From an uncultured Comamonadaceae bacterium (GTDB taxonomy: Bacteria; Pseudomonadota; Gammaproteobacteria; Burkholderiales; Burkholderiaceae_C), in NCBI GenBank assembly GCA_963933825.1, contig CAWVVY010000001.1, positions 78,797 through 142,796 on the forward strand: a DNA stretch of 64,000 nucleotides, in the 5' to 3' direction. Both the position numbers and the translations under genes were made by a program. Positions 19,334 through 31,041 of this stretch are shown one piece after another (the first letter of the stretch is position 1; the number at the start of each line of letters is the position of its first letter). A model generated the notes under the pieces. That model saw only the letters and a program-made list of their open reading frames with translations, had not been told where the DNA came from and did no database searches.

Positions 19334-21052
19334 TTAAAACAAAAAGTAGCGCTGCGCCATGGGCAACTTTACCGCCGCCTCACACACCAGCAACTCACCA
19401 TCGGCGCGCACGGTGTAGCGTTGTGGGTCGATCTCCATGATGGGCAGGTAGCTGTTGTGCACCATGTCACGTTTGCTTAAATTTCTGCAATGCTGCACGG
19501 GTACTGTTGCCTTGTGCAACCCGTAGCGCTGTGCAACATCCAGTGCTTGGGCCGCTTGTGACACAAAGCTGACGCTGCTGCGCGTCAGCGATCGGCCATA
19601 GCTGCCAAACATGGGCCTGAGGTGCACGGGTTGTGGCGTGGGTATGGAGGCATTGGGGTCGCCCATAGCGGCCAGCGCGATGCTGCCACCTTTGACCACA
19701 AGGCTTGGCTTCACACCAAAAAAAGCAGGCTTCCAAACCACCAAGTCTGCCATTTTCCCCACCTCTATAGAGCCCACGATGTGCGCCATACCGTGTGCGA
19801 TGGCAGGGTTGATGGTGTATTTGGCAATGTAGCGTTTCACGCGGTGGTTGTCGCTGAGCGCGCTGTCGCCGCTGGCAATGCCGCGTTGCGATTTCATTTT
19901 GTCGGCTGTCTGCCACGTGCGAATAATGACCTCTCCCACGCGCCCCATGGCTTGGCTGTCGCTGCTCATGATGCTGATGGCACCCATGTCGTGGAGTATG
20001 TCTTCGGCGGCAATCGTTTCGCGGCGAATGCGGCTTTCTGCAAAGGCCAAGTCTTCTGGAATGCCCGCATCGAGGTGGTGGCACACCATGAGCATGTCGA
20101 CATGCTCATCCAAGGTGTTGACCGTATAAGGCATGGTGGGGTTGGTTGACGAGGGTAAAAAGTTGGCTTCACCCACCACACGGATGATGTCAGGCGCGTG
20201 TCCGCCGCCGGCGCCTTCGGTGTGAAAGGCGCACAAGGTCCTTCCTTTGGTTGCGGCGATGGTGTCTTCCACAAAGCCTGCCTCGTTCAAGGTGTCACTG
20301 TGTATGGCAATTTGAATGTCATGGTCATCGGCGACGCTTAAACAATTGTCAATTGCCGAGGGTGTGGTACCCCAATCTTCGTGCAACTTAAGCCCCATGG
20401 CGCCAGCGGCGATTTGCTCGATCAGCGCAGGTTGGCGACTGGCATTGCCTTTGCCCATAAAGCCAATGTTCATGGGTAAGCCATCAGCAGCTTGCAGCAT
20501 GCGTTCTATGTGCCAAGGGCCAGGGGTGCAGGTGGTGGCCAAGGTGCCGGTGGCTGGGCCAGTACCGCCTCCCAGCATGGTGGTGATGCCACTGGCCAAT
20601 GCCTCGTCAATTTGTTGTGGGCAAATAAAGTGTATGTGGCTGTCTATGCCGCCAGCCGTGACGATGAAGCCTTCGCAGCTGATGACTTCAGTGCCTGGGC
20701 CGATGATGATGTCTACGCCGTCTTGGGTATCGGGGTTACCTGCTTTGCCAAGCGCCACAATAAGACCGCCCTTTAAGCCTATATCGGTTTTTACGATGCC
20801 CCAGTGATCAATCACCAAAGCATTGGTCATAACGGTATCGACCGCACCCTCTTGGCGGGTGTGTTGGCTTTGGGCCATGCCGTCTCGAATGGTTTTGCCA
20901 CCACCAAACTTGACCTCGTCGCCGTAGCCGCCGGCGCGCAGCGTGTAGTCAGCTTCTACTTCCACCAATAGATTGGTATCCGCCAAGCGCACGCGGTCGC
21001 CAGTTGTAGGTCCAAACATGTCGGCGTAGGCGTGTCGTGCAATAGTGACCAT
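19334..21052 (-). CDS. ureC: Urease alpha subunit
   Basis: 572 aa. Motifs [18 protein letters not shown] and GGGHAPD. Confidence 0.95.
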   Translation of the reverse strand: MVTIARHAYADMFGPTTGDRVRLADTNLLVEVEADYTLRAGGYGDEVKFGGGKTIRDGMAQSQHTRQEGAVDTVMTNALVIDHWGIVKTDIGLKGGLIVALGKAGNPDTQDGVDIIIGPGTEVISCEGFIVTAGGIDSHIHFICPQQIDEALASGITTMLGGGTGPATGTLATTCTPGPWHIERMLQAADGLPMNIGFMGKGNASRQPALIEQIAAGAMGLKLHEDWGTTPSAIDNCLSVADDHDIQIAIHSDTLNEAGFVEDTIAATKGRTLCAFHTEGAGGGHAPDIIRVVGEANFLPSSTNPTMPYTVNTLDEHVDMLMVCHHLDAGIPEDLAFAESRIRRETIAAEDILHDMGAISIMSSDSQAMGRVGEVIIRTWQTADKMKSQRGIASGDSALSDNHRVKRYIAKYTINPAIAHGMAHIVGSIEVGKMADLVVWKPAFFGVKPSLVVKGGSIALAAMGDPNASIPTPQPVHLRPMFGSYGRSLTRSSVSFVSQAAQALDVAQRYGLHKATVPVQHCRNLSKRDMVHNSYLPIMEIDPQRYTVRADGELLVCEAAVKLPMAQRYFLF

Positions 21053-21064
21053 AAAAAATTTCTG

Positions 21065-21370
21065 TTAGTTGGGTGGGTTGTGTAGACCACGAAAGCCAAT
21101 GGTGACCCGCTTCCCTGCGTACTCAACCAACTCCACCGTACGCTGCTGGCCTGGCTCAAACCTAACGGCTGTGCCGCTGGCAATGTTGAGGCGCATACCC
21201 TGCGCGGACGCCCGTTCAAAATCTAGAGCGGCATTGGTTTCCGCAAAGTGGAAATGCGACCCCACTTGTATAGGGCGCATGGCGGTGTTGCGCACCAACA
21301 CGGTCACAGTTCGCCTGCCAGTGTTGAGCGTGAGATCGCCCGTAAGGGTGAGTATTTCGCCGGGAATCAT
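21065..21370 (-). CDS. ureB: Urease beta subunit
   Basis: The MIPGEI... start is typical of UreB. The tracked ORF adds 4 upstream codons. Confidence 0.92.
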   Translation of the reverse strand: MIPGEILTLTGDLTLNTGRRTVTVLVRNTAMRPIQVGSHFHFAETNAALDFERASAQGMRLNIASGTAVRFEPGQQRTVELVEYAGKRVTIGFRGLHNPPN

Positions 21371-21382
21371 GTACATCTCCAA

Positions 21383-22078
21383 TCAAGCAAATACAGTAGC
21401 AAGCGCGTGCGTAAGGCCGAACAATGCCAAGGCACCTCCTAGGCTTCGTTGCACCCATTTGGCGTGCGTTTGCAGCTTCAGGCCTGCAACCCAGCCGACG
21501 ACCAACAGTGCTGCACTGCCGAACGCCACGCCTATCAAAGAGGCTGTACCGTTTAGCTCGTTGCCATGCGCTGCACCGTGGCATACAGCAAAGCTGGCAA
21601 CCATCACGGCGCTGAGCATCACAGCTTTATGACCGCCGGTACCGCCTGCTTTTGTACGTGTGCGTGTGTATGTCTCGCTGAGCAACAAGCCCATTACCAG
21701 CAACGATGCTGCAATGCCCAACTCAAAAGTTTGTGATTGCATGGCCCATGGCGTTGAGGCACCTGCAACCACCAAGCACACCATAAACAACCAAGGGGCC
21801 CAAGCAAGGCGGTTGGCTGCACTCCAAACACCAATCGCCAGCAGAGCCGCTAGGTGGTCTAGTCCAGTGAATGGGTGTGAAAAACCGGTTGCAACATGTG
21901 ACAGCGCGCTGTGTGTGTGAGCCAGCGCTAACGTGCTTGCGCTGTGTGCCTGGACCAGCCAGGGGGCCAAGACTGAGCCCAGTCCTACCGCGGTGCGGCC
22001 TAACGTGTTGCGGCGAACGGGCAAGCGGCCTTGTGTAACGCAGATGTGGTGGTGTTGCATGGTGTGTTTCCTAGACAA
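21383..22078 (-). CDS. ureJ: HupE/UreJ family nickel transporter
   Basis: Signal-like N-terminus, multi-TM product and His-containing motifs (HPFTGLDH, HGAAHG). Located between ureA and ureB. The start codon is uncertain. Confidence 0.8.
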   Translation of the reverse strand: MSRKHTMQHHHICVTQGRLPVRRNTLGRTAVGLGSVLAPWLVQAHSASTLALAHTHSALSHVATGFSHPFTGLDHLAALLAIGVWSAANRLAWAPWLFMVCLVVAGASTPWAMQSQTFELGIAASLLVMGLLLSETYTRTRTKAGGTGGHKAVMLSAVMVASFAVCHGAAHGNELNGTASLIGVAFGSAALLVVGWVAGLKLQTHAKWVQRSLGGALALFGLTHALATVFA

Positions 22079-22099
22079 AAGCAGGGTTGGCGGCGGTGT

Positions 22100-22402
22100 T
22101 TAAGCTATGGGTTGGTGCACGGTGACGAGTTTGGTGCCGTCCGCAAATGTAGCTTCAACCTGTATGTCGGGCACCATCTCCGAAATGCCCTCCATGACGT
22201 CGTCTTTGCCCAGAACTGTGCGCCCAAACGCCATGAGTTCTGCAACGCTGCGACCGTCACGCGCACCTTCCATGACCGCTGCCGTAATGAACGCAACAGC
22301 TTCTGGGTAGTTGAGCTTCAAGCCTCGCGCGCGACGTTGTTGTGCCAACAGCGCTGCTGTAAAAATAAGCAGTTTGTCTTTTTCTCGCGGCGTTAAATCC
22401 AT
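22100..22402 (-). CDS. ureA: Urease gamma subunit
   Basis: [20 protein letters not shown]..., 100 aa. Confidence 0.95.
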   Translation of the reverse strand: MDLTPREKDKLLIFTAALLAQQRRARGLKLNYPEAVAFITAAVMEGARDGRSVAELMAFGRTVLGKDDVMEGISEMVPDIQVEATFADGTKLVTVHQPIA

Positions 22403-22497
22403 ATGTATGTGCAGCGTTGAGGCTGTGTCAGTGTTTGTTGGTGACTACCTGCAGTCGTCATTGCCACCACAATGCGCGGCAATCTCAGACTGGGTTT

Positions 22498-22513
22498 AGC
22501 AATGTCTGTGCCG
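22498..22513 (-). promoter_or_regulatory. Sigma-54 (-24/-12) promoter candidate upstream of ureA
   Basis: The minus strand reads cGGCAC-agaca-TTGCt with GG-N10-GC spacing, about 95 nt upstream of the ureA ATG. Confidence 0.5.
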
Positions 22514-22610
22514 CAGCCTATGGGGTGTGGCATCGAGACTCGGTGTGGTGTCTTGCCCTAAATTGGTGCTATAGCCAACTGGGCCAATGAGGCCGCACTT
22601 AAGTGGTGCG

Positions 22611-23498
22611 TCACACCCCCCAAATGCGCGGCATTGGTGCATCCATGTTCCAAGCGATGCGTCTAAAAACAGGCCACAGCGACTGGAAGCGATGCATGAT
22701 GGGCTCTACAGTGGGCGCGAGGGCTCGCACCACCACCATGTTGTCGTTGGGAGAAGTGATGGCGCAGGGTGTGTCGGTGGACCACGCGCTCAGGGCATCT
22801 CTGCATGCCTGCAGGCAGCGCTCACGTTGCGAGGCTGTCAGAGCGCTGCCCTGTGCCCACCACATCGTGCCCATGGTTCTATAGCCATTCAGCCCAAGTT
22901 GGCCGTCCATTAACAGCTTGTCGTTGGCGTGCAGGTAAGCCGCTTCTCGCCATATATTGCTGATAACCAACTGCTGCACAAAGCTACCCGTTTCAAACGG
23001 TTGGCTGGCGTGCGGCAAACCCAATCCAATCACGTCCCAGCCAATCACTTGTGCGCTGGGTGCCAAAGTGGCTTGCCATTGGTTCTCACCGCGGCATCCT
23101 GAATAAGCAATGGTCTCCAACGGCAACCACTCCAAGCGCGCGTGCTCACCAAGCTGTATGCGTATCCGTTGTGCGGCCAATACCTCATCGCTGAGGTAGT
23201 AACGTGTTGCGCCTGGCGTGCTGATGAGTGCGTGTGCGTTGTCTTGCACGTCCACGTTGATCACCACCTCGTCGCCGCCAACAAGTCCGCCAGGTGGATG
23301 AATCATCACGTTGTGACACACCGCAGGCCCCTCAGGATACAGACTTTTTAAAATTCGAATTGGGCCACTGTGGCTGTGCGTGGCCACAGTCGCATCGCTG
23401 CCATCCCTGTTGTTGCACCGGTAGCGCAAATTGAGCTCAGCTGTCCACGTGTTGGGACGTGAAGAGCCTGCAGCGCTGGGTGTGTTTGTTGAAGCCAT
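22611..23498 (-). CDS. ureD: Urease accessory protein UreD
   Basis: 295 aa with a UreD-like sequence (LNLRYR..., HPPGGLVGGD). First gene of the ure cluster. Confidence 0.85.
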   Translation of the reverse strand: MASTNTPSAAGSSRPNTWTAELNLRYRCNNRDGSDATVATHSHSGPIRILKSLYPEGPAVCHNVMIHPPGGLVGGDEVVINVDVQDNAHALISTPGATRYYLSDEVLAAQRIRIQLGEHARLEWLPLETIAYSGCRGENQWQATLAPSAQVIGWDVIGLGLPHASQPFETGSFVQQLVISNIWREAAYLHANDKLLMDGQLGLNGYRTMGTMWWAQGSALTASQRERCLQACRDALSAWSTDTPCAITSPNDNMVVVRALAPTVEPIMHRFQSLWPVFRRIAWNMDAPMPRIWGV

Positions 23499-23532
23499 GC
23501 CAATGCATGAGCAATTTTTGCACCACGCTGAG

Positions 23533-23563
23533 GTAGCCTAGAGTTTCTATGTTTCTAGGCTAC
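23533..23563 (-). terminator. Perfect 10-bp hairpin between the gabD 3' end and the ureD 5' end (terminator or operator candidate)
   Basis: gtagcctaga-N11-tctaggctac. No U-tract on either strand. Confidence 0.35.
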
Positions 23564-23599
23564 GCCAAATTGCCGTTTCAAGTGGTGTCAACACAGGGC

Positions 23600-25075
23600 T
23601 TACTTCAACACATCGCCAATACACAAAAATTTAATCTCAACATAATCATCCATGCCATGTGATGAGCCTTCGCGGCCTAAGCCGCTTTGTTTGACGCCGC
23701 CAAAAGGCACATGTTCCGTAGCCAAAACGCCCACGTTGACGCCTACCATGCCGTATTCCAAAGCCTCGCTCACGCGGAATATGCGACCCATATCGCGGCT
23801 GTAGAAGTAGCTGGCCAAGCCAAATTCTGTGTTGTTGGCCGCGTCTACGGCCTCTTGCTCGTGCTCAAATTTAAAGATGGGTGCGAATGGACCAAAGGTT
23901 TCTTCTTTGGCACACAGCATATCTGCAGTGGCGTCTGCCACAACTGTGGGTTCAAAGAACTGCCCTGCCATGCGTTTGCCACCAGCCAACACCCGCGCGC
24001 CTTTGGCAATGGCGTCATCCACGTGGCGCTGAACTTTTTGCAAGGCAGCCTCTTCAATCAGAGGACCTTGGTTGACACCCTCGTCAAAGCCATTGCCGAC
24101 CTTGGTGGTTTTAACTTTGGCGGCAAATTTGGTGGTGAACTCGTCATACACCTTGGATTGCACGTAGATGCGGTTGGAGCACACGCAGGTTTGCCCGGCA
24201 TTGCGGTACTTGCTGATAAATGCGCCTTCTACGGCGCTGTCAATATCGGCGTCGTCAAACACAATAAACGGTGCGTTGCCGCCCAATTCAAGTGACATTT
24301 TCTTCACAGTCGGAGCAGACTGGGCCATCAAAATACGGCCAACTTCTGTGCTGCCCGTGAAGCTGATGTGGCGCACCACATCGCTGGCGCACAACACCTT
24401 GCCAATGGCAATCGATTGGTCTGCGTCCGCACTGAGCATGTTGAGTACGCCAGCAGGTATACCAGCGCGCATGGCCAATTCGGCTGCGGCCAATGCGGTC
24501 AGCGGTGTGAGCTCTGCGGGTTTGATGATGACAGGGCAGCCTGCTGCCAACGCTGGTGCCACCTTGCGGGTGATCATGGCCAGGGGAAAGTTCCAAGGCG
24601 TGATGGCGGCGCAAACGCCTATAGGCTCACGCATCACCAGCAAACGCCGGTTGTTGTCAAATGTGGGCAAGGTCTCGCCGTTGACGCGTTTGGCCTCTTC
24701 GGCAAACCACTCCACAAAGCTGGCGCCGTAGGCAATTTCGCCTGTGGCCTCGGCCAATGGCTTGCCTTGTTCGGCCGTCATGATCCGCGCCAAGTCGGCT
24801 TGGTTGGCCATCAACAGGTCAAACCATTTGCGCAAAATTTGGCTGCGCACTTTGGCTGTTGTTTTGCGCCATGCACCCCAAGCGGCATTGGCTGCGGCAA
24901 TGGCTTGTTCGGCATGCGCCGCGCCTAAGTTGGCCACGTCGGCCAAGTGCTCGCCTGTGGCCGGATCGGTCACGGCAAAGGTGCCGTTGCCATCTACCCA
25001 TTCTCCGTTGATTAGGGCTTTGGTTTTAAGCAGCGTGGGGTCATTGAGCTGCGATAGGGGGGAAATGCGGGCCAT
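23600..25075 (-). CDS. gabD: NAD(P)+-dependent succinate-semialdehyde dehydrogenase
   Basis: Aldehyde dehydrogenase motifs (ELGGNAP, FxNAGQTCVC, PFGGVKQSG) and a GabD-like N-terminus, LINGEWVD. The alternative start is 25090. Confidence 0.85.
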   Translation of the reverse strand: MARISPLSQLNDPTLLKTKALINGEWVDGNGTFAVTDPATGEHLADVANLGAAHAEQAIAAANAAWGAWRKTTAKVRSQILRKWFDLLMANQADLARIMTAEQGKPLAEATGEIAYGASFVEWFAEEAKRVNGETLPTFDNNRRLLVMREPIGVCAAITPWNFPLAMITRKVAPALAAGCPVIIKPAELTPLTALAAAELAMRAGIPAGVLNMLSADADQSIAIGKVLCASDVVRHISFTGSTEVGRILMAQSAPTVKKMSLELGGNAPFIVFDDADIDSAVEGAFISKYRNAGQTCVCSNRIYVQSKVYDEFTTKFAAKVKTTKVGNGFDEGVNQGPLIEEAALQKVQRHVDDAIAKGARVLAGGKRMAGQFFEPTVVADATADMLCAKEETFGPFAPIFKFEHEQEAVDAANNTEFGLASYFYSRDMGRIFRVSEALEYGMVGVNVGVLATEHVPFGGVKQSGLGREGSSHGMDDYVEIKFLCIGDVLK

Positions 25076-25257
25076 GGTGTGTATTCTCAAATGGTCTAAA
25101 TGTGGGGGGAGTCGGATGACTTGTCTCAGCTATAAGCATACCGCCATCAAGCATGACATGCGCGGTCGAGGCATACAAGCGCATGCGTGTGTCCGACTTA
25201 GGTGAAAATAGATGCTTTGGTAGTTTTGAACTTACCGTCTATTACACATTGTTAGCA

Positions 25258-27906
25258 ATGAGCACACCCATGAGCCAGTCGCCAGTTAATCGTTTCACAG
25301 TCGCCGATATCCGCAAGACCTTTTTAGCCTTTTATGCGGAGCGTTCCCACACCGTGGTGCCCTCTAGCTCTTTGGTGCCTGCCAACGACCCCACGCTGAT
25401 GTTTGTGAATTCTGGCATGGTGCAATTTAAAGATGTGTTTTTGGGTTCAGACAAGCGCAGTTACAACCGCGCCACGTCGGTGCAAGCTTGTTTGCGTGCT
25501 GGTGGCAAGCACAACGACCTTGAAAATGTTGGCTACACGGCACGCCACCACACCTTTTTTGAAATGTTGGGCAACTGGAGTTTTGGCGATTATTTCAAGC
25601 GCGAGAGTTTGTTGTGGTCGTGGGAGTTGCTGACCGAGGTGTTTAAGCTCCCCAAAGAGCGTTTGCTGGCCACTGTGTATGCAGACGACGACGAGGCCTA
25701 CGACATTTGGACGCAGGTGATAGGCCTGCCGCCGGAGCGCGTGATTCGCATTGGAGACAACAAGGGCGGGCGCTACAAAAGCGACAATTTTTGGATGATG
25801 GCCGATACAGGTCCATGTGGCCCGTGTTCTGAAATTTTTTACGATCATGGCGCGCACATTCCAGGCGGCCCACCCGGCAGCCCAGACGAAGATGGTGACC
25901 GTTTTATTGAAATTTGGAACAACGTGTTCATGCAATACAACATGGCAGATGACGGCTCGGTATCGCCGTTGCCCGCGCCTTGTGTGGACACTGGCATGGG
26001 CTTGGAGCGATTGGCAGCTATTTTGCAGGGTGTGCACAGCAACTACGAAATCGATGTGTTCCAAGCCTTGATTGCCGCTGCAGCCCGCGAGACAGCTTGT
26101 GCCGATTTGACTACACCGTCGCTCAAAGTGATCGCTGATCACATTCGCGCTACGGCGTTTTTGGTCAGCGATGGCGTGGTACCCGGGAACGAAGGCCGTG
26201 GTTACGTACAGCGCCGAATCATTCGTCGCGCCATCCGTCACGGCTACAAATTGGGACAAATGAAGCCCTTTTTCCACAAGCTGGTGCCAGATTTGGTGGT
26301 CTTAATGGGCGGTGCTTATCCCACTCTGGCGGCTAAATCGCAGCATGTCATGGACGTGCTTAGAGTGGAAGAAGAGCGCTTTTACGAGACGTTGGCCACA
26401 GGTATGGATATTTTGGATGCGGCCTTGCCACAAGGCATGACAACGCTTGCCGGCGATGTGGCTTTTAAGTTGCACGACACATACGGCTTTCCACTAGACC
26501 TCACCCAAGATGTGTGTCGTGAACGTCAAGTTGCCGTTGATGTGGCCGGTTTTGACGCGGCCATGACACGCCAAAAAGACCAAGCGCGTGCTGCTGGCAA
26601 ATTCAAGATGGACAAAGCGTTGGACTACACCGGCGCTTCAACCGAGTTTGTCGGCTACGGGCAATTAAGCAGCCCAGCCAAGGTACTTGGTTTGTATGTA
26701 GATGGCACTGCAGTGGCTGAATTATCAGCTGGTCAAACGGGTGTGGTGGTGCTAGACACCACGCCGTTTTACTCAGAAAGCGGCGGTCAAGTGGGTGATG
26801 CGGGCGTCCTAGTTGCTGATGGTCTGAAGTTCGACGTGAACGATACTCAAAAAATAAAAGGCGATGTGTTTGGTCATCATGGCGTGTTGGTTACGGGCAC
26901 CATGAAGCTAGGGGGTGACGTGCAGGCCAAGGTGGATCCCGATCTGCGTGCGGCCACAGTCCGCAACCACTCTGCCACTCACCTCATGCACACAGCATTG
27001 CGGACTGTACTGGGTGAGCATGTGCAGCAAAAGGGTAGCCTAGTAGATGCGGGTAAAACCCGCTTTGACTTCACCCACAACGCACCAGTTACCGATGCGC
27101 AGTTGCGCGAAATTGAGCAACTGGTAAACCGTGAAATTGTGTTCAACACCCCAGCCCAAGCGCGTGTCATGGACATTGAGTCTGCCCAAGCCACAGGCGC
27201 GACCATGTTGTTTGGTGAAAAGTACGGTGAGACCGTGCGTGTATTAGACATCGGCAGCAGCCGTGAGTTGTGCGGGGGCACCCATGTCTCTGCCACGGGC
27301 GACATTGGCCTATTTTCTATAGTGGCTGAAGGCGGTGTGGCCGCCGGTGTCCGTCGTATAGAAGCTGTGACAGGCTTGAATGCCTTGGCTTATGTACAGC
27401 TCATGGAGGACACCTTGGGTGGTGTGGCTGGCAGCTTACGCGTTACCCCACAGGAGGTGCCTGCACGCGTGGGTGCGTTGTTGGCTCAGATACGCGACCT
27501 TGACAAAGAACTCAACGCGCTCAAAGGCCGCTTGGCTTCTGCACAAGGCGATGAGCTGTTGGGGCAGGCGGTTGATGTGAACGGTGTGTTTGTACTTTCA
27601 GCCAAGCTTGATGGCGCAGACGCCAAAGCCTTGCGCGAGACCATGGACAAACTCAAGAACAAACTCAAATCGGCTGTGATTGTGTTGGGTGCAGGAGAGG
27701 GTGACAAGGTGCACATTGCCGCCGGTGTCACGCCTGATGTGGTGGGCAAGGTCAAGGCTGGTGAGTTGGTCAACATGGTGGCCCTGCAAGTAGGCGGCAA
27801 GGGGGGCGGCAAACCCGACATGGCAATGGCTGGTGGCACGGATGCCGCAGCCTTGCCACAGGCCCTGGCCAGCGTGCACGCGTGGGTGGCCCAGCGACTG
27901 GTTTAA
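25258..27906 (+). CDS. alaS: Alanine--tRNA ligase
   Basis: The sequence from MSTPMSQS... includes [15 protein letters not shown], the editing-domain HSATHLMH and the C-terminal DHHA1-like region. Confidence 0.95.
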   Translation: MSTPMSQSPVNRFTVADIRKTFLAFYAERSHTVVPSSSLVPANDPTLMFVNSGMVQFKDVFLGSDKRSYNRATSVQACLRAGGKHNDLENVGYTARHHTFFEMLGNWSFGDYFKRESLLWSWELLTEVFKLPKERLLATVYADDDEAYDIWTQVIGLPPERVIRIGDNKGGRYKSDNFWMMADTGPCGPCSEIFYDHGAHIPGGPPGSPDEDGDRFIEIWNNVFMQYNMADDGSVSPLPAPCVDTGMGLERLAAILQGVHSNYEIDVFQALIAAAARETACADLTTPSLKVIADHIRATAFLVSDGVVPGNEGRGYVQRRIIRRAIRHGYKLGQMKPFFHKLVPDLVVLMGGAYPTLAAKSQHVMDVLRVEEERFYETLATGMDILDAALPQGMTTLAGDVAFKLHDTYGFPLDLTQDVCRERQVAVDVAGFDAAMTRQKDQARAAGKFKMDKALDYTGASTEFVGYGQLSSPAKVLGLYVDGTAVAELSAGQTGVVVLDTTPFYSESGGQVGDAGVLVADGLKFDVNDTQKIKGDVFGHHGVLVTGTMKLGGDVQAKVDPDLRAATVRNHSATHLMHTALRTVLGEHVQQKGSLVDAGKTRFDFTHNAPVTDAQLREIEQLVNREIVFNTPAQARVMDIESAQATGATMLFGEKYGETVRVLDIGSSRELCGGTHVSATGDIGLFSIVAEGGVAAGVRRIEAVTGLNALAYVQLMEDTLGGVAGSLRVTPQEVPARVGALLAQIRDLDKELNALKGRLASAQGDELLGQAVDVNGVFVLSAKLDGADAKALRETMDKLKNKLKSAVIVLGAGEGDKVHIAAGVTPDVVGKVKAGELVNMVALQVGGKGGGKPDMAMAGGTDAAALPQALASVHAWVAQRLV

Positions 27907-27917
27907 ACAGCCTGCTT

Positions 27918-27978
27918 CACGCAGCGCTTGTTGCTGCGGTGAACAGCCACTGCCTGCTGGCCTAGGCTGGGCAGCAGG
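27918..27978. terminator. Two hairpins between convergent alaS and ispH (weak bidirectional terminator candidates)
   Basis: cgcagc-N7-gctgcg (27920-27938) and cctgctg-N12-cagcagg (27953-27978). Neither has a clear U-tract. Confidence 0.3.
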
Positions 27979-27993
27979 TCATCGGCCGTCTGT

Positions 27994-28944
27994 TCAATGG
28001 TCTGGGCGCAAGCCTTTAGGCATTGGGAATTGAATGGTTTCTTCAACGCCGTTCATGGTTTGCACGGATAAAGCGCCCAGCAACTTCAAGCGGGCAATGA
28101 CTTCTTGCACCAGTATTTCTGGCGCTGATGCGCCGGCTGTCAGGCCCACGCGTTGGCAGTCATGCACCCACTCTGGGTTCAAGTCGGCGGGGTTGTCCAC
28201 CATGTAGGCAGGTGTACCCAAACGCTCCGCCAATTCGCGCAAACGGTTGCTGTTGGAGCTGGTGGGGCTGCCCACCACAATGACAATATCCACTTTACCC
28301 GCCATCACCTTGACAGCATCTTGGCGGTTTTGTGTGGCATAGCAAATGTCTTGTTGCTTGGGCTCGCGCACCGAGGGAAAGCGTGCCTTGATGGCGCGCA
28401 TGATGCTGGCCGCGTCATCCACGCTCAACGTGGTTTGCGTGACCACAGCTAATTTGTGGGTTTGCGCGGGTTGTACGGTTGCCACGTCTGCCTCGTCTTC
28501 AACCAAATGTATGCCGCTGTTGAGTTGGCCCATGGTGCCTTCCACCTCTGGGTGGCCCTTGTGGCCAATCATTAAAAACTCATAGCCTTCTTTGGCCAGC
28601 TTGGCCACTTCCACATGAACTTTGGTGACCAGTGGGCAAGTGGCATCGAATATGGAAAAGCCGCGCGCTTTAGCTTCTGCTTGTATGGCTTTGCTCACCC
28701 CGTGGGCCGAAAAAACCAAGGTCGCGCCAGCTGGTACATCGTTTAAGTCTTCTATGAAGATGGCCCCCTTTTGTTTGAGGTCGTCCACTACATAGGTGTT
28801 GTGCACAATTTCATGGCGTACATAAATGGGCGCACCGAATTTGGTCAAGGCGTGCTCAACAATGTCTATGGCTCGGTCTACACCTGCACAAAAGCCGCGT
28901 GGCTGGGCCAACACCACGTCGCGTGTCATGGTTGGCTCGCTCAT
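27994..28944 (-). CDS. ispH: 4-hydroxy-3-methylbut-2-enyl diphosphate reductase
   Basis: [21 protein letters not shown] and TCPLVTKVH. 316 aa. Confidence 0.93.
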   Translation of the reverse strand: MSEPTMTRDVVLAQPRGFCAGVDRAIDIVEHALTKFGAPIYVRHEIVHNTYVVDDLKQKGAIFIEDLNDVPAGATLVFSAHGVSKAIQAEAKARGFSIFDATCPLVTKVHVEVAKLAKEGYEFLMIGHKGHPEVEGTMGQLNSGIHLVEDEADVATVQPAQTHKLAVVTQTTLSVDDAASIMRAIKARFPSVREPKQQDICYATQNRQDAVKVMAGKVDIVIVVGSPTSSNSNRLRELAERLGTPAYMVDNPADLNPEWVHDCQRVGLTAGASAPEILVQEVIARLKLLGALSVQTMNGVEETIQFPMPKGLRPDH

Positions 28945-29408
28945 TGCATGACTCCAATGATGTTGACTTCAAAGGTCACCGCCTGGCCAGCCAGGGGGTG
29001 GTTGAAGTCAAACTGCACGCTTGAGCCGTCTTCTCTGACTTGAACCACAGCACCTGCGTATTGGCCAGAGCCATCTGGTGTGGGGAACTGCACCACCACA
29101 CCGGGTGCGTAGGTCTCATTGGGGTCGCCCAGCTCATTCAACATGGCGCGTGCCACCCATTGCACCAACTCGGGGTTGCGTGGCCCAAACGCGTCGCCTT
29201 CTGGCAGTTGCAGCGTGGTGCGCGTACCTTCAGCCAAACCGAGAAGGTGTTGTTCAATCGACGGTGACAGTTGGCCACCGCCCATGCTGAGCGTGGCAGG
29301 TTGGCCGCCAAAGGTACTGATGATGTCTTGGCCATCTACGCCGCACATGCGGTAGTGGAGGGTGAGAAAAGAGCTGGGTTCAATAAGATTGACTGTGGAG
29401 TTGGACAT
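28941..29408 (-). CDS. FKBP-type peptidyl-prolyl cis-trans isomerase (SlpA/FkpB-like)
   Basis: ...[22 protein letters not shown]-terminus. Its stop overlaps the ispH start. The start was taken at MSNSTVNL. Confidence 0.8.
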   Translation of the reverse strand: MSNSTVNLIEPSSFLTLHYRMCGVDGQDIISTFGGQPATLSMGGGQLSPSIEQHLLGLAEGTRTTLQLPEGDAFGPRNPELVQWVARAMLNELGDPNETYAPGVVVQFPTPDGSGQYAGAVVQVREDGSSVQFDFNHPLAGQAVTFEVNIIGVMQ

Positions 29409-29600
29409 GGGTGCGTGAGCCGTCAGGGTTGTGCCCGAGTACCTGGTGCCCCATCTGGGGCTATAACAGGTCACGGAGTAGACATCAGTAATTACACCTT
29501 ATTGTAGAAACATGCGAGCCGCGGCGGCGCTGGTGTCTTGGTTAACCCACATAAATTGTGCCTGCCCTTGTTGGAAGGCGGATCATAGATAGGACCACCC

Positions 29601-30272
29601 ATGCGAACCGCTTGGCCCATTGACAGCCGCCCGCGCGAAAAACTCCAACTGCTGGGTGCCCAGTCTTTGTCAGACACCGAGTTGCTGGCCTTGCTGCTGC
29701 GCACTGGCACAGCCAAAGCCCACGTGCTTGATTTGGCCAGCCAGATATTGCAACAGTTTGGTGGATTGGCCGGCTTGCTCAATGCATCACCTGCAGCACT
29801 CAGAGCGGTCAATGGTCTAGGCCCGGCTAAACAGGCAGAATTGTGCGCCGTAGCCGAGCTGGCCAAACGTGCCACAGCGCAAAGCTTGCAAGACAAACCT
29901 AGCTTTACACAACCCCAAGCGGTCAAACATTATTTGCAGTTGCATTTGGCACACTTGCCCAATGAGCACTTTGCCGTGTTGTTTTTAGACAGCCAACACC
30001 ATTTGTTGGCCATGGAAACACTGTTCCAAGGCACGTTAAACCACACCAGCGTCTATCCCCGAGAGGTGCTGGTGAGGGCCCTTCACCACGGCGCAGGCGC
30101 CGTTATTTTGGCGCACAACCACCCCAGCGGCTGTGCAGAGCCTTCGCCTGCGGATGTGCAGTTAACTGAAACGCTTCAAGAAGCTTTACGGGTGGTAGAC
30201 GTACGCGTGCTAGACCATATGGTGGTGTCACAAGGTGCGGTTTACTCCATGGCTGAACAGGGATTACTGTAG
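29601..30272 (+). CDS. radC: RadC-family (UPF0758, JAMM motif) protein
   Basis: Helix-hairpin-helix N-terminal part and the HNHPSG JAMM motif. 223 aa. Confidence 0.88.
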   Translation: MRTAWPIDSRPREKLQLLGAQSLSDTELLALLLRTGTAKAHVLDLASQILQQFGGLAGLLNASPAALRAVNGLGPAKQAELCAVAELAKRATAQSLQDKPSFTQPQAVKHYLQLHLAHLPNEHFAVLFLDSQHHLLAMETLFQGTLNHTSVYPREVLVRALHHGAGAVILAHNHPSGCAEPSPADVQLTETLQEALRVVDVRVLDHMVVSQGAVYSMAEQGLL

Positions 30273-30313
30273 CGTGGCACAGATGACGGCGCGTTATTTG
30301 TCACAATGCGAAT

Positions 30314-30949
30314 ATGAAAGCCCGCACCTTCTCCGATCTGCAAGCGATGCAAACTGCATTGCGTGCGCAGGTGCGTGCTGCCCAAGAGGCAGCCGTAGCC
30401 ATGGCACTGGCTCACGAGCAAGCTAGGCGTGAACGTCACTTATTTGAATTCACGGTAGGTGAGGTAAGCCCTATCAAAGATGCAGGGCGTGCACCGCACG
30501 CGACTGCGCAGGTTGAACCCAGACCCAAACAACGCGATTCAGACAATGCCACTGTCATGAGCTCGGCGCTGTCAGATGACTTTGATGTCACCAGCTTGTT
30601 AGAAACCGACGAGGCATTGAGTTACAGGCGCAACGGCATTGGCGACGATGTGTTGCGTAAATTACGCGGCGGTTACTGGTCGTTGCAAGGGCAGGTCGAC
30701 TTGCACGGTCTGCGCAGTGACCAAGCGCGAGAAGCCTTGTCAGCTTTTTTACGCAAATCGGTTATGAACGACTGGCGCTGTGTGCGTGTGATTCATGGCA
30801 AGGGCTTGGGTTCACCCGGTAAAACACCTGTGCTCAAACTGAAGGCCCAGCGGTGGTTGGTACAAAAGAAAGAAGTGCTGGCCTTTGTGCAAGCCAGAGG
30901 CTGCGATGGCGGCGCTGGTGCACTGATGGTGTTGCTACAAAGCGCTTAG
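30314..30949 (+). CDS. Smr domain-containing protein
   Basis: C-terminal DLHGLRSDQAREAL...VRVIHGKG Smr motif. Confidence 0.8.
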   Translation: MKARTFSDLQAMQTALRAQVRAAQEAAVAMALAHEQARRERHLFEFTVGEVSPIKDAGRAPHATAQVEPRPKQRDSDNATVMSSALSDDFDVTSLLETDEALSYRRNGIGDDVLRKLRGGYWSLQGQVDLHGLRSDQAREALSAFLRKSVMNDWRCVRVIHGKGLGSPGKTPVLKLKAQRWLVQKKEVLAFVQARGCDGGAGALMVLLQSA

Positions 30950-31041
30950 CCAAGCCAAACGTTGTTGCCACTAGCCTTGCACGCCGATCTTGCTTGCATA
31001 CCCACCGTGGCACTGGTTGTGGTCACCACAAGCGTGGCAAG

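Noticed and set aside
23687-24295. 202-aa plus-strand ORF (and 24168-24731, 24368-24928)
   Set aside because: All are antisense or out of frame within gabD, which carries clear aldehyde dehydrogenase motifs.
25447-26277. 276-aa minus-strand ORF inside alaS
   Set aside because: Antisense shadow of a highly conserved gene, with no recognisable domain or RBS.
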